In this document: positions 1 to 9,962 of the stretch, piece by piece
Layout: every line of letters begins with the position of its first letter
How positions within the stretch are numbered: the first letter of the stretch is position 1
NCBI GenBank assembly: GCA_018266735.1
Contig: JAFDZT010000005.1
Span: 156,971 to 220,970 of the forward strand
Length of the DNA stretch: 64,000 nt
Origin: Bacteroidota bacterium
Lineage (GTDB): Bacteria > Bacteroidota > Ignavibacteria > Kapaibacteriales > Kapaibacteriaceae
Reading direction: 5' to 3'
Notes under the pieces: model-generated
What the model was told of the DNA's origin: nothing
The model's input: only the letters and a program-made list of their open reading frames with translations
Database searches by the model: none
Position numbers and translations under genes: made by a program

Positions 1-244
1 CGCGAGCGTTCGTGATCTTGAACCAACGTCCTTCGGCAAGGTTCGTCGTCACGATCTCACCCGATCCTGTGGTGTTCCACTGCACCGGGAAATCACCGAT
101 GTTCTCGGTACTGAAGTCATCAAAGAAAATCACCTTTTCGCCGGCCACAAAGTCGTACTTCGACGAGATCGTCGGCGTGCCTTGCGCCACGACCATCAAT
201 GGCGCAGCAACGAAGCAGAGCAGGAAAGCAATGTGGCGTCTCAT
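1..244 (-). CDS. Partial CDS (N-terminal part, runs off the window start): secreted hypothetical protein. The minus strand translates from the ATG at 244 as MRRHIAFLLCFVAAPLMVVAQG..., a signal peptide.
   Basis: Manual reverse-complement translation of 1-244. Open to the window edge, so it is absent from the ORF track. Hydrophobic N-terminus with an AQG cleavage-like site. Confidence 0.5.
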   Translation of the reverse strand, partial: MRRHIAFLLCFVAAPLMVVAQGTPTISSKYDFVAGEKVIFFDDFSTENIGDFPVQWNTTGSGEIVTTNLAEGRWFKITNAR

Positions 245-343
245 ACCGACCTCCCTAATGTTCTGAACGAACATAGAAGGCGGCAGGGCGGAAGGCAATG
301 ATGTTTATCAGCGGATCAACGGCGGTGGCAGATGCCGTGCTCT

Positions 344-850
344 TTACGGATGTGGCGTTGGTGGAAAGAGGATGGAACCACACTGTGTGTACGCTCGAGA
401 TGCACGGGCGTTTAGGCGATGTGAGGTCAGGAACGACGCCGTTTCCTTCTCAAAGGCCGCACGCAACGTATCGTTGAATCCTCCTTCGACGTTGTAGAGA
501 AGATGGTCCACAGAACCACTCGAATCGCAACAAAGTTTGAAGAAGAGATCGGTCTCGTTCGTGAACACAACATGGTGGGTCTCGAGGTGGCGTCGTAGTT
601 CTTGAAAGAACGTTGACCACGCTTCGCCTAACCGATCGAGGTCCGATTCTGTCGGGAAGGCAGACCGAGTACTATCGAGCACGACGGCACTGGGGTACTG
701 TACATCGAGTTGCGCAAGGGAAACCGAGTCAAGTCCGTCGAGAACGGCGACGCGTGGGATCGGTACGACTTGTTCACTCCCTTCGCGTCCACAACCACCG
801 GCGAGAACAAGAGCACATAACGACACGAGTACTACGAATGGTGATCGCAT
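344..850 (-). CDS. Hypothetical lipoprotein (internal start MRSPFVVLVSLCALVLAGGC). The longer ORF that extends to 1048 is rejected.
   Basis: Lipobox LAGGC after a hydrophobic stretch. The start at 850 lies 9 nt downstream of the stop of the upstream gene. Confidence 0.5.
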   Translation of the reverse strand: MRSPFVVLVSLCALVLAGGCGREGSEQVVPIPRVAVLDGLDSVSLAQLDVQYPSAVVLDSTRSAFPTESDLDRLGEAWSTFFQELRRHLETHHVVFTNETDLFFKLCCDSSGSVDHLLYNVEGGFNDTLRAAFEKETASFLTSHRLNARASRAYTQCGSILFPPTPHP

Positions 851-858
851 GGTGGGCG

Positions 859-1968
859 CTACTTTCCGTAATGAAGGGAGAGATCCATGGCGTTGAAGAT
901 CGCGATGTCGGTCTCTGTTGGTTCGATCACGGAAATGTGAACGTCGACCCATCGACCAGCGTAGGCGAAAAAGTAGTTCACACTTCGCTGGACATATGAC
1001 CGGTCCTTGTAGGTGCCCTTGGAGTCGTATTGGACACGATGATACCACGGAGTAGCAGTGGTTTGAATGGTCTCATGCTGAATGGCCGGATTACGACGTG
1101 CGCGTGGCCAGTAGTACTCGAAACACTTCGTATGGGACGTGGCATCTCCTTTGGGCTGCTCGACAAAGATCGAGATCGTGAATCGATCGGACGATGCCAT
1201 GTATTGATACCCGTCGTTCTTACTGTCCTCTTTCTTGTTCGTCAATGGCGGGGAGAGGAAACCGATCGACCATTCCTGCGATGGGATCGGAAGTTTGGTG
1301 GTGACGAAAGAGGGGAGTGAACGCTTCCACGATGCATATGAGATCGGGTCGATCGTAAGACCGCGAAGCGCATCGACCACGTCCTTTGCAATGGAATTCC
1401 ACTCCATCGCCGTCAAGATCGTGAACGTGATCATGACGTTGTCGATGAACAACGTTCCTTCCGCAACAGCAGGATACGATGGCTCGCCTTCACGATCGGC
1501 CGACGGATCGAAGGTCTTGTCTGTGGCGGTCACAACGCCGCCTATAAGATTTTCGCCCTCGATCGAACGGATAACCATGTGCGTATCGACAGCCTGTTCA
1601 CGCAGGCTTGCCGCGATCGACCCCATGATCTCGTCAACCAGTTCTGTGCGGTCTTTTTCAGATGTGAACACGGTGCGCACGACGGACATATAGGCCGTTC
1701 CTTCACCCGCCTTCGTTCGATCGAACCGTAGCGATAGTTCGCCCTTGTCGTCGAGCTCAGAGGATGGAGCGCTCCAGCCAGCGGGCATCGGGAGCAGCAC
1801 CGTACCTCGTCCCATCACCTTGATGGAGGTTGGCGTTTGCGCAACGAATGGAGAAGGGACAAGAAAGGTCAGAATCAGGAATAGCGGAAGAAGTCGCACA
1901 ATTGCACCCGGTATATGATCGGAGAGGCTCGCTGTGCAAACATCGTCACGAACCTTGCCCCTGTCCAA
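859..1968 (-). CDS. Secreted hypothetical protein, 369 aa, with an N-terminal signal peptide.
   Basis: ORF track. Hydrophobic leader LLPLFLILTFLVPSPFVAQ. No recognisable catalytic motif. Confidence 0.55.
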   Translation of the reverse strand: MDRGKVRDDVCTASLSDHIPGAIVRLLPLFLILTFLVPSPFVAQTPTSIKVMGRGTVLLPMPAGWSAPSSELDDKGELSLRFDRTKAGEGTAYMSVVRTVFTSEKDRTELVDEIMGSIAASLREQAVDTHMVIRSIEGENLIGGVVTATDKTFDPSADREGEPSYPAVAEGTLFIDNVMITFTILTAMEWNSIAKDVVDALRGLTIDPISYASWKRSLPSFVTTKLPIPSQEWSIGFLSPPLTNKKEDSKNDGYQYMASSDRFTISIFVEQPKGDATSHTKCFEYYWPRARRNPAIQHETIQTTATPWYHRVQYDSKGTYKDRSYVQRSVNYFFAYAGRWVDVHISVIEPTETDIAIFNAMDLSLHYGK

Positions 1969-2010
1969 ACACTCTACAACGCCACGTGATACGAAGACAG
2001 CGACCCGTTT

Positions 2011-2865
2011 CTAGTGAAGGATCGACCCGGGCTGCTTGACGTGGATGTCGAGCTGCGGATAGGGAACACGAATTCCGGCCTCGGCGAAGGCGGGTCGGAT
2101 CCCGAAGTTCACGGCACTCTGCAGTGAATCGGGCATGTGTGCGAATTCGCTGGTCCATACCCAGAGATAGAATCTCAATGCGGACTCACCGAAGGATTCA
2201 AAGATCACAATGGGAGGTGGCTCTTTATGGATACCGTCGATCGAATGCGCAACGGCCAAGAGGACGGTTTCGACAAGACGTGGGTCCGAATCAAAGGCCA
2301 CGTTCACGAACACCTTCATGCGCACGGTCTCATAATCGAGCGAACGGTTGATCACGGTCGACCCGATGAAGTACGAGTTCGGAACGATCACCGACACACC
2401 TTCATTTGTGCGGAGCGTTGAGGCGCGGATGGCAATGTCGACGATGTTTCCTTCGATGTTGTCGACCACGATGCGATCGCCCAGTTTGATGGGGCGCTCA
2501 ATGAGGATCACGATACCGCTGACGAAGTTGTTGACGATGTTCTGCAGACCAAAACCGATACCAACGCTCAATGCTCCAAAGATCACGGCAAGGGCACCGA
2601 GGTGTAGTCCGGACCATTGAATGGCCGTGACCCCTGTGACAATGATGATCACATAGCTCGTCAGCATCATCACGGAGTTGATCGGACCCAGATTGGCATC
2701 CGGACGCTTTGCGATACGCTTCATCACCACACGCCGGAACGTTCGCAATACGAAGACCACGATCACGATCATGATCACCGTGAGGAGGAGCGGTTTGATC
2801 GTGATCCCCTGTTCGCCCGTGTTGAGAATGGGGGTGTCGAGCAGAAAGGTCATCAGTTCATTCAT
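2011..2865 (-). CDS. Small-conductance mechanosensitive channel (MscS family).
   Basis: Three N-terminal TM helices plus a conserved MscS core (GFGLQNIVNNFVSGIVILIERPIKLGDRI ... GSTVINRS). Confidence 0.85.
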   Translation of the reverse strand: MNELMTFLLDTPILNTGEQGITIKPLLLTVIMIVIVVFVLRTFRRVVMKRIAKRPDANLGPINSVMMLTSYVIIIVTGVTAIQWSGLHLGALAVIFGALSVGIGFGLQNIVNNFVSGIVILIERPIKLGDRIVVDNIEGNIVDIAIRASTLRTNEGVSVIVPNSYFIGSTVINRSLDYETVRMKVFVNVAFDSDPRLVETVLLAVAHSIDGIHKEPPPIVIFESFGESALRFYLWVWTSEFAHMPDSLQSAVNFGIRPAFAEAGIRVPYPQLDIHVKQPGSILH

Positions 2866-2971
2866 TGAGGTCCAGCGGAAGTACGTTGAGGGATGGTTCG
2901 GTAGAGAGGCAGACTCGAACAGAGCTCAATAGTTCCATAAATTGACCGGCACAGTTGCATGGGAGGGTTCT

Positions 2972-4906
2972 ATGGCATGGGCTGCCACTCTGATCCTGGT
3001 GTTCCTGTTCGGTATCATGCCGAGCCGGGCGCAACTCACGATCACAACACCCAATGGCGGTGAGGTCTTCGATGTAGGCCAAACAGTCACGCTACGATGG
3101 ACAGGTACAGCATTTCCCGATTCGGTCTCGATCGACTATTCGACCGATGCCGGTTCGTCGTGGACGTCCATCGTTCGCAACTGGCAACAGACGACCTATC
3201 GATGGCTCGTTCCGAACACGCCATCAACCCAGTGTCTCCTGCGTGTCACCGGCCCCAAGCGCACTACAGGCAGTGGCGTCGTGCAATTGCGCGATAATGC
3301 GCGCCCCTCGACCATTCCGCACATGTCCATCGACCTTACCAACGACGCCACACGCGCCGTGGTTGCCGATGACGATGGATACGTGATGCTCTTCGATGCC
3401 GTCACGGGCGCCTTGTTGACCAAGCGACAGATCCAACAACCCACGCCCTCCGGGGCACGTGTGGTCCGTGCCGTTCTGTCCAGCGACGAAACATGGGTTG
3501 CCGCCCTTACGGAGGAAGACACCGTCTTCATCCTTCGCATGCCGGACCTCGCTGTACTCGATCATTGGGCAACACGCATCGCAAAACGGGTTCCCCTCGA
3601 AGACAGATGGATCGCCACACAGCCCGGCGGTTCGCGCGTCGCAGTGTCGAGCTTCACCCACTCACGAACGTACGAACGCAACGGAACGGTCGTCGCCGAG
3701 CTCACACGACTCAGTGCGTCATCGAACACATGTATCGACTGGACGCCGGATGGATCAAAGGTGGTGGTGAGCAGCGGGACGGAAGGACACTATCTTGCCG
3801 ATGCAACCACCGGCTCCATGCTGTCAACATTTGTCACCCCATCGTTCTATGGCTTCGTCTCACCGAACGGACAGTATCTCGCATCACAAGCAAAGAACAC
3901 TCAAGCCGTGCTCATCCGCGATCTTGCATCGGGCGCAACGATAGGATCTGTTCCGAGTGCACCGGGCATCTATCCATTTGGCATTGCATGGTATCCCGAC
4001 AACACCATCGTGCGCAATGCAGGTGCCAGTGGCGGACGTCTTGAGCGATTCAACGTCGACGGAACGATCATCGACACGCTCACATCGCAACCGTTCGGAT
4101 TCGGATCGACCTGCTTCAATAGCACGGGCTCAGTTATCGGCGGCGCATCGGGCGGATTTTCCGTGGTCATTCGCACAACCGCAACACCCACTGCCGAACA
4201 GGATGTATCCAATGCCGTGTGGGAGATCCGCGCCGCCATCGTGTCGGACACAGCCACGCTCTCCATCGATTCAGTACGTACAACAACACTGCGCGATATG
4301 CAGGTGCCGATCCGCCTTGCTCCTTCCAATGCCACGATCCTTGCAGGCCTCACATCTCTGGATGTTGATGTGGCATGGAATGCAACGTTGGCGGAGCCGA
4401 AGGGTGGCACGGCAGCAGGGAGCATTGTCAACGGCGTTCGCATGGTCACGATCACCGTACCTGTGGTGCCGATCAGTGCCGATGTTGTTGCTTACCTCGA
4501 CCTGCGTACTGCTCTTGGGAACGATTCTGCAACGGTGCTTCGTATCGTCGATGTACGCGGATCTGTGGATCCAACACGGATCCGCCGTACGGACGGACGA
4601 CTTCTCCTCACAGATCTCTGTGCAAGTGGTGGACTGCGGTTGATGAATGGAGATGGAACTGCTCTACTGATGGCACAACAGCTTGGTGATGTGCTTCGTG
4701 CGGAATGGACGACGATCGAAGATGGCGCGTGCGACATTGTCGTGATGGACGTGATGGGAAGAACGGTTGCGCGACAATGGAGCGATCAGCCGGCCGGCAA
4801 CCATTCAACGACACTGGACATTCGTCCCCTTGCATCGGGGATGCTGTTCGTGATCTTACGCACACCAACGATGTCCATCGTAACTCCGGTGCAGGTGATG
4901 CAATGA
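2972..4906 (+). CDS. Secreted beta-propeller (WD40/PD40-like) repeat protein with a T9SS C-terminal sorting domain.
   Basis: Signal peptide MAWAATLILVFLFGIMPSRAQ. Repeated beta-strand motifs. The C-terminal ~80 aa (…MDVMGRTVARQW…GMLFVILRTPT…) match the Por/T9SS CTD. Its stop overlaps the start of the next gene (ATGA). Confidence 0.7.
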   Translation: MAWAATLILVFLFGIMPSRAQLTITTPNGGEVFDVGQTVTLRWTGTAFPDSVSIDYSTDAGSSWTSIVRNWQQTTYRWLVPNTPSTQCLLRVTGPKRTTGSGVVQLRDNARPSTIPHMSIDLTNDATRAVVADDDGYVMLFDAVTGALLTKRQIQQPTPSGARVVRAVLSSDETWVAALTEEDTVFILRMPDLAVLDHWATRIAKRVPLEDRWIATQPGGSRVAVSSFTHSRTYERNGTVVAELTRLSASSNTCIDWTPDGSKVVVSSGTEGHYLADATTGSMLSTFVTPSFYGFVSPNGQYLASQAKNTQAVLIRDLASGATIGSVPSAPGIYPFGIAWYPDNTIVRNAGASGGRLERFNVDGTIIDTLTSQPFGFGSTCFNSTGSVIGGASGGFSVVIRTTATPTAEQDVSNAVWEIRAAIVSDTATLSIDSVRTTTLRDMQVPIRLAPSNATILAGLTSLDVDVAWNATLAEPKGGTAAGSIVNGVRMVTITVPVVPISADVVAYLDLRTALGNDSATVLRIVDVRGSVDPTRIRRTDGRLLLTDLCASGGLRLMNGDGTALLMAQQLGDVLRAEWTTIEDGACDIVVMDVMGRTVARQWSDQPAGNHSTTLDIRPLASGMLFVILRTPTMSIVTPVQVMQ

Positions 4907-6906
4907 AGCACATAGCGCTCATCTACTTGTGCTGCGCCACCATGGCCGTTGCGCAAGACGAACTCCGTCCACGGTATGGTCTGTTCGCCGGCGTTGGTAT
5001 CAACATGCATGCATCGTCATTCACACAGCTCCCGAATGTTCCGTCGTGCTGTCCCGGATATGGCTCGGACGTTGCCATCGTTCCCTCCATCATGGCCGTC
5101 GCATACTGGCCAATCACCACCAACGTGTTGCTGGGCGGACGTGTCGGGTATGCACCGCTTTCGGGCACGCTGAGTCGCGATGAGGCAACTCGTGTGATGC
5201 AAGGCGGCACGGTCGTCGACGGGATGTTCCGACATACGATCGAGGCAACGTTGAATGCCATTGCAGCCGAGCCCACCGTGTCGTGGAATGCATTCGATCA
5301 ACTGTTCGTTGATGCAGGACTGCGCGTCTCATACATGTTCGCACCAACGTACGCACAGGCAGAGACCATCGTCAGCCCTGCGAACGGCGGAACGTATGTC
5401 GACGCTTCCGGTACCGACACACGATCGCGCACACGGAATGTCTCTGCGGGAGATCTTGCAACATCAAGCATTCATGTTGCCGTCACGGCATCGCTTCGGT
5501 ACGAACTGCCATTGAATTCCGAGAACTCACTGTTCCTTGCTCCCGACGTTGGTGTGGCATACGGCATGACGTCGATCGCGAACGTCGACTGGAGTGTGCA
5601 TCCGTTCCACGCAGGACTCACGTTGCTGTGGCAGCCACAGGCAACACCCGAACAACATCTCGGAACACCTGGCGCGGCACCCACACCAAGTGTGCCCGTG
5701 TTGCCCTCGACCCTTGCCGCCCTCGTGCCTTCGCCAAAGATGTTGGACGTTGGGTTGGGCTTGTATTCCGTGCGCGACGATGGCGGCCTGGATACGCTCG
5801 AGAAGATCGTTGTTGACGAGACGATCTCCGAGCAGATCACGGCCATGTTGCCGATGGTCTTCTTTGACCAGGGACAGGAGGAGATTCCGATCCGATACCC
5901 TCCGAATTTCGACCTCGATCAGTTCTCCGAGCGACTGCTGTTCGGTAAAAGCGCCCTTGATGTCTACCATCGCATTCTCGACATCGTAGGGAAACGAATG
6001 CAAGAGCATCCCGCAGCAACGCTTACCCTCACCGGCGCGATCATGCCGGACTCTGTGGAGACGGTGGCGTCGGGACTTGCACTTCGTCGCGCAGAATATG
6101 TTCGAGACTATCTTCAGCAGTTTTGGGAGATAGCACCGCAACGAATTCCCATACGGGCACGTGAACTGCCCGAGCAACCAAGTAGTGTGAAACACGAAGA
6201 CGGTCGCGCCGAGAACCGTCGCGTCGATCTTGCTTCCGACGATCCGTTCATCCTCGATCTGTTGCGTCTCGAAGACACTCTGCGTACCGTGACCACTCCC
6301 GATGTGGTCGTGCGACCGACGGTGTTCTCCGATACCACGATCACATCGTGGTCGATCACCTGCATCGCCGACGGCAAGCTGCTCACGACGCAGTACGGCA
6401 TGGGCCAGCCTCCCGCAAGCATCCGTATCCCGGTAACGGGAGGGTTGCAGGGCGGCACGGTAGACGTGGTGATGACCGTCGACAATGCCGGAGGTCGTCA
6501 TCGAGAAGCAGAAGCACATCTCCCGGTGGTACTACAAACACTTGCCTCGAAGGCACAGAAGCGACAAGGACTCAAGCGCATCGACGAGTACGGTTTGATC
6601 CTCTTTGCGTTTGGGAAGGCATCGCTCGAAGGTCCGAACGCACGCATCCTCGACATGATCCGACAACGGATCGAGCCAACGTCGACGGTGATCGTTCGCG
6701 GACATGCAGATCGGACGGGATCCGCCGAGATCAACCTACGCCTCACACAAGAACGTGCCGAGGCAGTGGGGAATGCGTTGGGCGCACCACGTACCGATGT
6801 GCGTGGCATGGGTCAGAAGAACATGCTCTACGACAACGACCTTCCGGAGGGCCGCTACTACAACCGCACCGTCCGAGTACGAGTGGAGACTCCGGTTGCG
6901 AACTAG
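4903..6906 (+). CDS. OmpA-family outer membrane protein with two tandem C-terminal OmpA-like peptidoglycan-binding domains.
   Basis: Signal peptide MKHIALIYLCCATMAVAQ. Two OmpA_C-like modules (…AENRRVDL… and …GHADRTGSAEINLRLTQERAEAV…NRTVRVRVETP). Start overlaps the upstream stop (ATGA). Confidence 0.75.
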   Translation: MKHIALIYLCCATMAVAQDELRPRYGLFAGVGINMHASSFTQLPNVPSCCPGYGSDVAIVPSIMAVAYWPITTNVLLGGRVGYAPLSGTLSRDEATRVMQGGTVVDGMFRHTIEATLNAIAAEPTVSWNAFDQLFVDAGLRVSYMFAPTYAQAETIVSPANGGTYVDASGTDTRSRTRNVSAGDLATSSIHVAVTASLRYELPLNSENSLFLAPDVGVAYGMTSIANVDWSVHPFHAGLTLLWQPQATPEQHLGTPGAAPTPSVPVLPSTLAALVPSPKMLDVGLGLYSVRDDGGLDTLEKIVVDETISEQITAMLPMVFFDQGQEEIPIRYPPNFDLDQFSERLLFGKSALDVYHRILDIVGKRMQEHPAATLTLTGAIMPDSVETVASGLALRRAEYVRDYLQQFWEIAPQRIPIRARELPEQPSSVKHEDGRAENRRVDLASDDPFILDLLRLEDTLRTVTTPDVVVRPTVFSDTTITSWSITCIADGKLLTTQYGMGQPPASIRIPVTGGLQGGTVDVVMTVDNAGGRHREAEAHLPVVLQTLASKAQKRQGLKRIDEYGLILFAFGKASLEGPNARILDMIRQRIEPTSTVIVRGHADRTGSAEINLRLTQERAEAVGNALGAPRTDVRGMGQKNMLYDNDLPEGRYYNRTVRVRVETPVAN

Positions 6907-7826
6907 GTGGCTAGTCGCACATATCCTTGCATCACAAGTTCCTTGTTCACGTGCATTCCTGTGGCCGTACCGGATGCTACGGCATTGGCCACTGTGCGCA
7001 TGGGCGATGTATTGTCGCCGCAGGCATAGACGCCTTCGATGGACGTGTGCTGTCGTGCGTCAACGGAGATATACCCATCGGCATCGTGTTCACAACCAAG
7101 CATGGCGGGGATGATACAGTGTTGTTCAAATGCGCACTTGGCATAGACCACGTCAACGTCGACGTGATCTCCGTCCTCAAGAACAAGGCCGCGTACCTGA
7201 CCGTTCGTGTGTTCGATCGACGTGATCGGCGTCTCCACGATCTCGATCCCACGAGAACGGCATTCGCCCGTTTGTTCGTCCGTGAGCGTTGACGCGCCGT
7301 TCGTGAACAATGTCAATGTTGACGTCCAGTTCGCGATGAGCAACACATACTCAAAACCCGACGTGCCATTGGCGATCACACCGGTGCGGTGCTGGCGGAC
7401 CTCATAGCCGTGACAGTACGGACAGTGCAATACGGACCTCCCCCAACACTCCTTGAAACCCTCGATGTTCATCATGATGTCGGTGATGCCGGTGGCGAAC
7501 ACAAGCTTCGTTGCCGTGAACATGTTCCCGCACATTGTCTCGATCTGAAACCCCGCGGACGTACGCTCTGCATGCACGGCCACGTCCTTCACGGTCTCCA
7601 CCGTTGCATACGCCATGAGCTGCTCGCGAGCGATGCGTGCGATCTCTCCCGGCGTCGCACCATCGTGCGTGAGGAAGTTGTGCGAATGCGGCGTCATTCG
7701 GTTGCTTGGAAGGCCGGCATCGATGATCAGCACACGGCGAAGCGCTCTGCCAAGGGCCATCCCTGCCGCCATGCCGCCATAGCTCCCACCGATGATGATC
7801 ACGTCGTAGTGTTGTGGAGCGTTCAT
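6903..7826 (-). CDS. FAD/NAD(P)-dependent pyridine nucleotide-disulfide oxidoreductase (thioredoxin-reductase-like). The ORF N-terminal extension to 8108 is rejected.
   Basis: Start MNAPQHYDVIIIGGSYGGMAAGMAL (GxGxxG FAD fold). Redox-dicysteine HCPYCHGYE. Second Rossmann motif VIANGTSG. C-terminal GD motif (VYACGD). Confidence 0.7.
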   Translation of the reverse strand: MNAPQHYDVIIIGGSYGGMAAGMALGRALRRVLIIDAGLPSNRMTPHSHNFLTHDGATPGEIARIAREQLMAYATVETVKDVAVHAERTSAGFQIETMCGNMFTATKLVFATGITDIMMNIEGFKECWGRSVLHCPYCHGYEVRQHRTGVIANGTSGFEYVLLIANWTSTLTLFTNGASTLTDEQTGECRSRGIEIVETPITSIEHTNGQVRGLVLEDGDHVDVDVVYAKCAFEQHCIIPAMLGCEHDADGYISVDARQHTSIEGVYACGDNTSPMRTVANAVASGTATGMHVNKELVMQGYVRLAT

Positions 7827-8053
7827 GGGCGCTCCGTGCGGATTGACCGAGCGAAGGCGGCAAGGATCCGGTCGACCATTGGCACACCAATGAACACGAT
7901 CAATGGGACGAGGACGAGCGTCGTGATGAGCGTCCGCACCACGAGGGGTACGTTTGCCAAGAGGTCGTGTGTAAGAGAGAGAAAGAGTGTGAGGGCCGGA
8001 TAGATGACCACCCAGATCTTGGCCGAGGCGATCCAACGTGCTGCGTTCTTCAA
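7823..8053 (-). CDS. Small integral membrane protein (76 aa, two TM helices). Its stop overlaps the oxidoreductase start (ATGA).
   Basis: ORF track. Two hydrophobic helices. Translational coupling to the downstream oxidoreductase. Confidence 0.45.
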   Translation of the reverse strand: MKNAARWIASAKIWVVIYPALTLFLSLTHDLLANVPLVVRTLITTLVLVPLIVFIGVPMVDRILAAFARSIRTERP

Positions 8054-8147
8054 AGGTATGCTCCGTGATAGGTGTACAGAAAGACTGCTGCAAAACTATC
8101 GGAGACACAGACCCTTGTGATAGGACAGCAATGAAGTTGAATGGTAC

Positions 8148-9011
8148 TTATCGGTGGTTGCGACGGAATTCTTCCGGCGACACGCCCGTGTGCTTCTTGA
8201 AATAGCGGTTGAAGTACGACGGATCCTCATACCCCAAATGGTAGGCGATCTCTTTCACTTGCTCCGTGGTGGCTAGGAGATATCGTTTTGCCTCAATGAT
8301 GATCAGGGAGTTGATGAGGTCGGAACACGTGGTGCCAACGAGCGACTTCGTAAGGGCGTTCACCTGATAAAGCGACATGTGCATCATGCGGGCATAGTCC
8401 GATGCCAATTTGTATTCGGCAAGATGTTGCTCAATGAGGTCGACAAGTTCGTCGAATCGCTCAACGGCATAGGCAGAACGTTCACTCCATTCCACTCCCT
8501 CTGCCTCGTCGAACCGTGCGAGCTCAATCAACAACAAGGTGGCATGGGCCTCGATGGCCTCATGGACACCAACGGCCGCATGCGCTTGCTCGTCCATCAT
8601 GGCGCGGATCGAGCCACAGATCTTGTCGAAATGCTCCACATCGGGATGCATCACGCCACGTCGCGCCGCGCGACGGAGCAACTCCTTCGGCAATCCATGG
8701 AGTCGACGGATGAGATCGGTAGAGAACTCCACCAGGTATCCCGTACACGAAGCATCGAGTGAAAGTCGGTGCGCCTGTCCGGGGCGTACGAAGAAGACCG
8801 TGTGATCGACCACACGATGGGGAACGAAGTCGATCTCATGCGTTCCCGAACCTCGCTTCACAACAAGCAGGAAGTAGAAGGCATGTCGGTGCAACGACTC
8901 CTCGCGCTTCTCCCCACGCAGAACGGCACGCAACAACCGTACATGCAATTCCAAGCCCGGTAAGGCTGCAGGGTGGGAGGGCCGGATGGATCGGATCGGA
9001 ATGGGTTGCAT
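8148..9011 (-). CDS. AraC-family transcriptional regulator.
   Basis: C-terminal HTH_AraC signature (…IAYHLGYEDPSYFNRYFKKHTGVSPEEFRR). Internal start MQPIPIRSI chosen. Divergent from the lipoprotein operon at 9135. Confidence 0.8.
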   Translation of the reverse strand: MQPIPIRSIRPSHPAALPGLELHVRLLRAVLRGEKREESLHRHAFYFLLVVKRGSGTHEIDFVPHRVVDHTVFFVRPGQAHRLSLDASCTGYLVEFSTDLIRRLHGLPKELLRRAARRGVMHPDVEHFDKICGSIRAMMDEQAHAAVGVHEAIEAHATLLLIELARFDEAEGVEWSERSAYAVERFDELVDLIEQHLAEYKLASDYARMMHMSLYQVNALTKSLVGTTCSDLINSLIIIEAKRYLLATTEQVKEIAYHLGYEDPSYFNRYFKKHTGVSPEEFRRNHR

Positions 9012-9134
9012 GGAGGGAACGAATGTACATGGAAGGAAGACAAAATTCCTATATTTCCGTCGCGACGTGGGTTGCTCCGTTCCAAGTGATCTGCACGTAT
9101 ACACAGACTTCCTTCATCATGTTTGGACAGACTC

Positions 9135-9962
9135 ATGCGTACACTTTTCCTCTATGCTGGACTTGCACTGACCATTACCGGCTGTGGTAGCGGGCGTATC
9201 AATAAAGACGTGAATGCTCACCAGGCCGCAAAGAATGCTTCGCGTTCCGAGCGTTCGATCATCGTGTCGATGGACACGGTGTTCTCGTCGGGAGAACCCT
9301 ATGCCGTCTTGAAGGTTGGCGGTGTGAGCACCTTCGCAGAGACCTACACGTTCTCCTCTCTCACCGGTGACAAGTGTATCGAGGTGATGCCTGATAAGGG
9401 CGGCGCCGATGGTTCCACGAAACACAAGTACACATTCTTTGGCACTAGTCAGGGCATGAACGCTTGGGACGACTTCTCGATGTCGACCATTTCAGTCGTT
9501 GAGACCGTCGTGAATGAGAACCTGATGAATGCAACGGGCCTTCGCGCCGTGGATGTTGGAAACTTTGTGCGCAAGCATCCACGTCCTGCCCCATTCAATC
9601 CCGGACTGCTAAAGGTCAAACGCGAAATGGCGGGAAAGATCACGGTGCAAGAGAGCATCAACAGTGGCACGATCTCGCAAAGTGATAAGGAGATCGGTAC
9701 ATTCCGCGCAAGTACGGAATCGAATGACAAGGTTCAATTCACCAACTCCGTCTATGTGGTCTCGTTCATGAATGGAACGAAATGTGCGACCATTCGCATT
9801 CCATGGGACAAGCAAGAGCGTCAAAAGAAATTGCTGATGGAAGTGTCGACGGAGTTCGACGGGCAGGTCACCAATGTGAATATCGATCCGGCGAATGTCG
9901 ATTGGACCAACGACAGCTTCAAGCAGGCTCTGTCGTACCTCGTAAGTAAAGGTTATCTGTGA
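9135..9962 (+). CDS. Hypothetical lipoprotein.
   Basis: MRTLFLYAGLALTITGC lipobox. ATG at 9135 preferred over the TTG at 9123. Confidence 0.55.
   Translation: MRTLFLYAGLALTITGCGSGRINKDVNAHQAAKNASRSERSIIVSMDTVFSSGEPYAVLKVGGVSTFAETYTFSSLTGDKCIEVMPDKGGADGSTKHKYTFFGTSQGMNAWDDFSMSTISVVETVVNENLMNATGLRAVDVGNFVRKHPRPAPFNPGLLKVKREMAGKITVQESINSGTISQSDKEIGTFRASTESNDKVQFTNSVYVVSFMNGTKCATIRIPWDKQERQKKLLMEVSTEFDGQVTNVNIDPANVDWTNDSFKQALSYLVSKGYL

Noticed and set aside
12-266. 84-aa plus-strand ORF at the window start
   Set aside because: The opposite strand encodes a convincing signal peptide beginning at 244 that continues off the window. The plus-strand ORF has no start context or motif.
5527-6519. Antisense and alternate-frame ORFs of 250-390 aa opposite annotated genes. 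This group also covers 21241-22725, 26233-27300, 28027-28908, 30396-31478, 38077-38979, 49219-50391, 51091-51990, 55328-56089, 56739-57728 and 61016-61621.
   Set aside because: Each overlaps, on the other strand or in another frame, a gene with recognisable conserved motifs or signal peptides. Their products are Arg/His/Cys-rich without domains. They are the expected stop-codon-poor frames of roughly 60% GC DNA.
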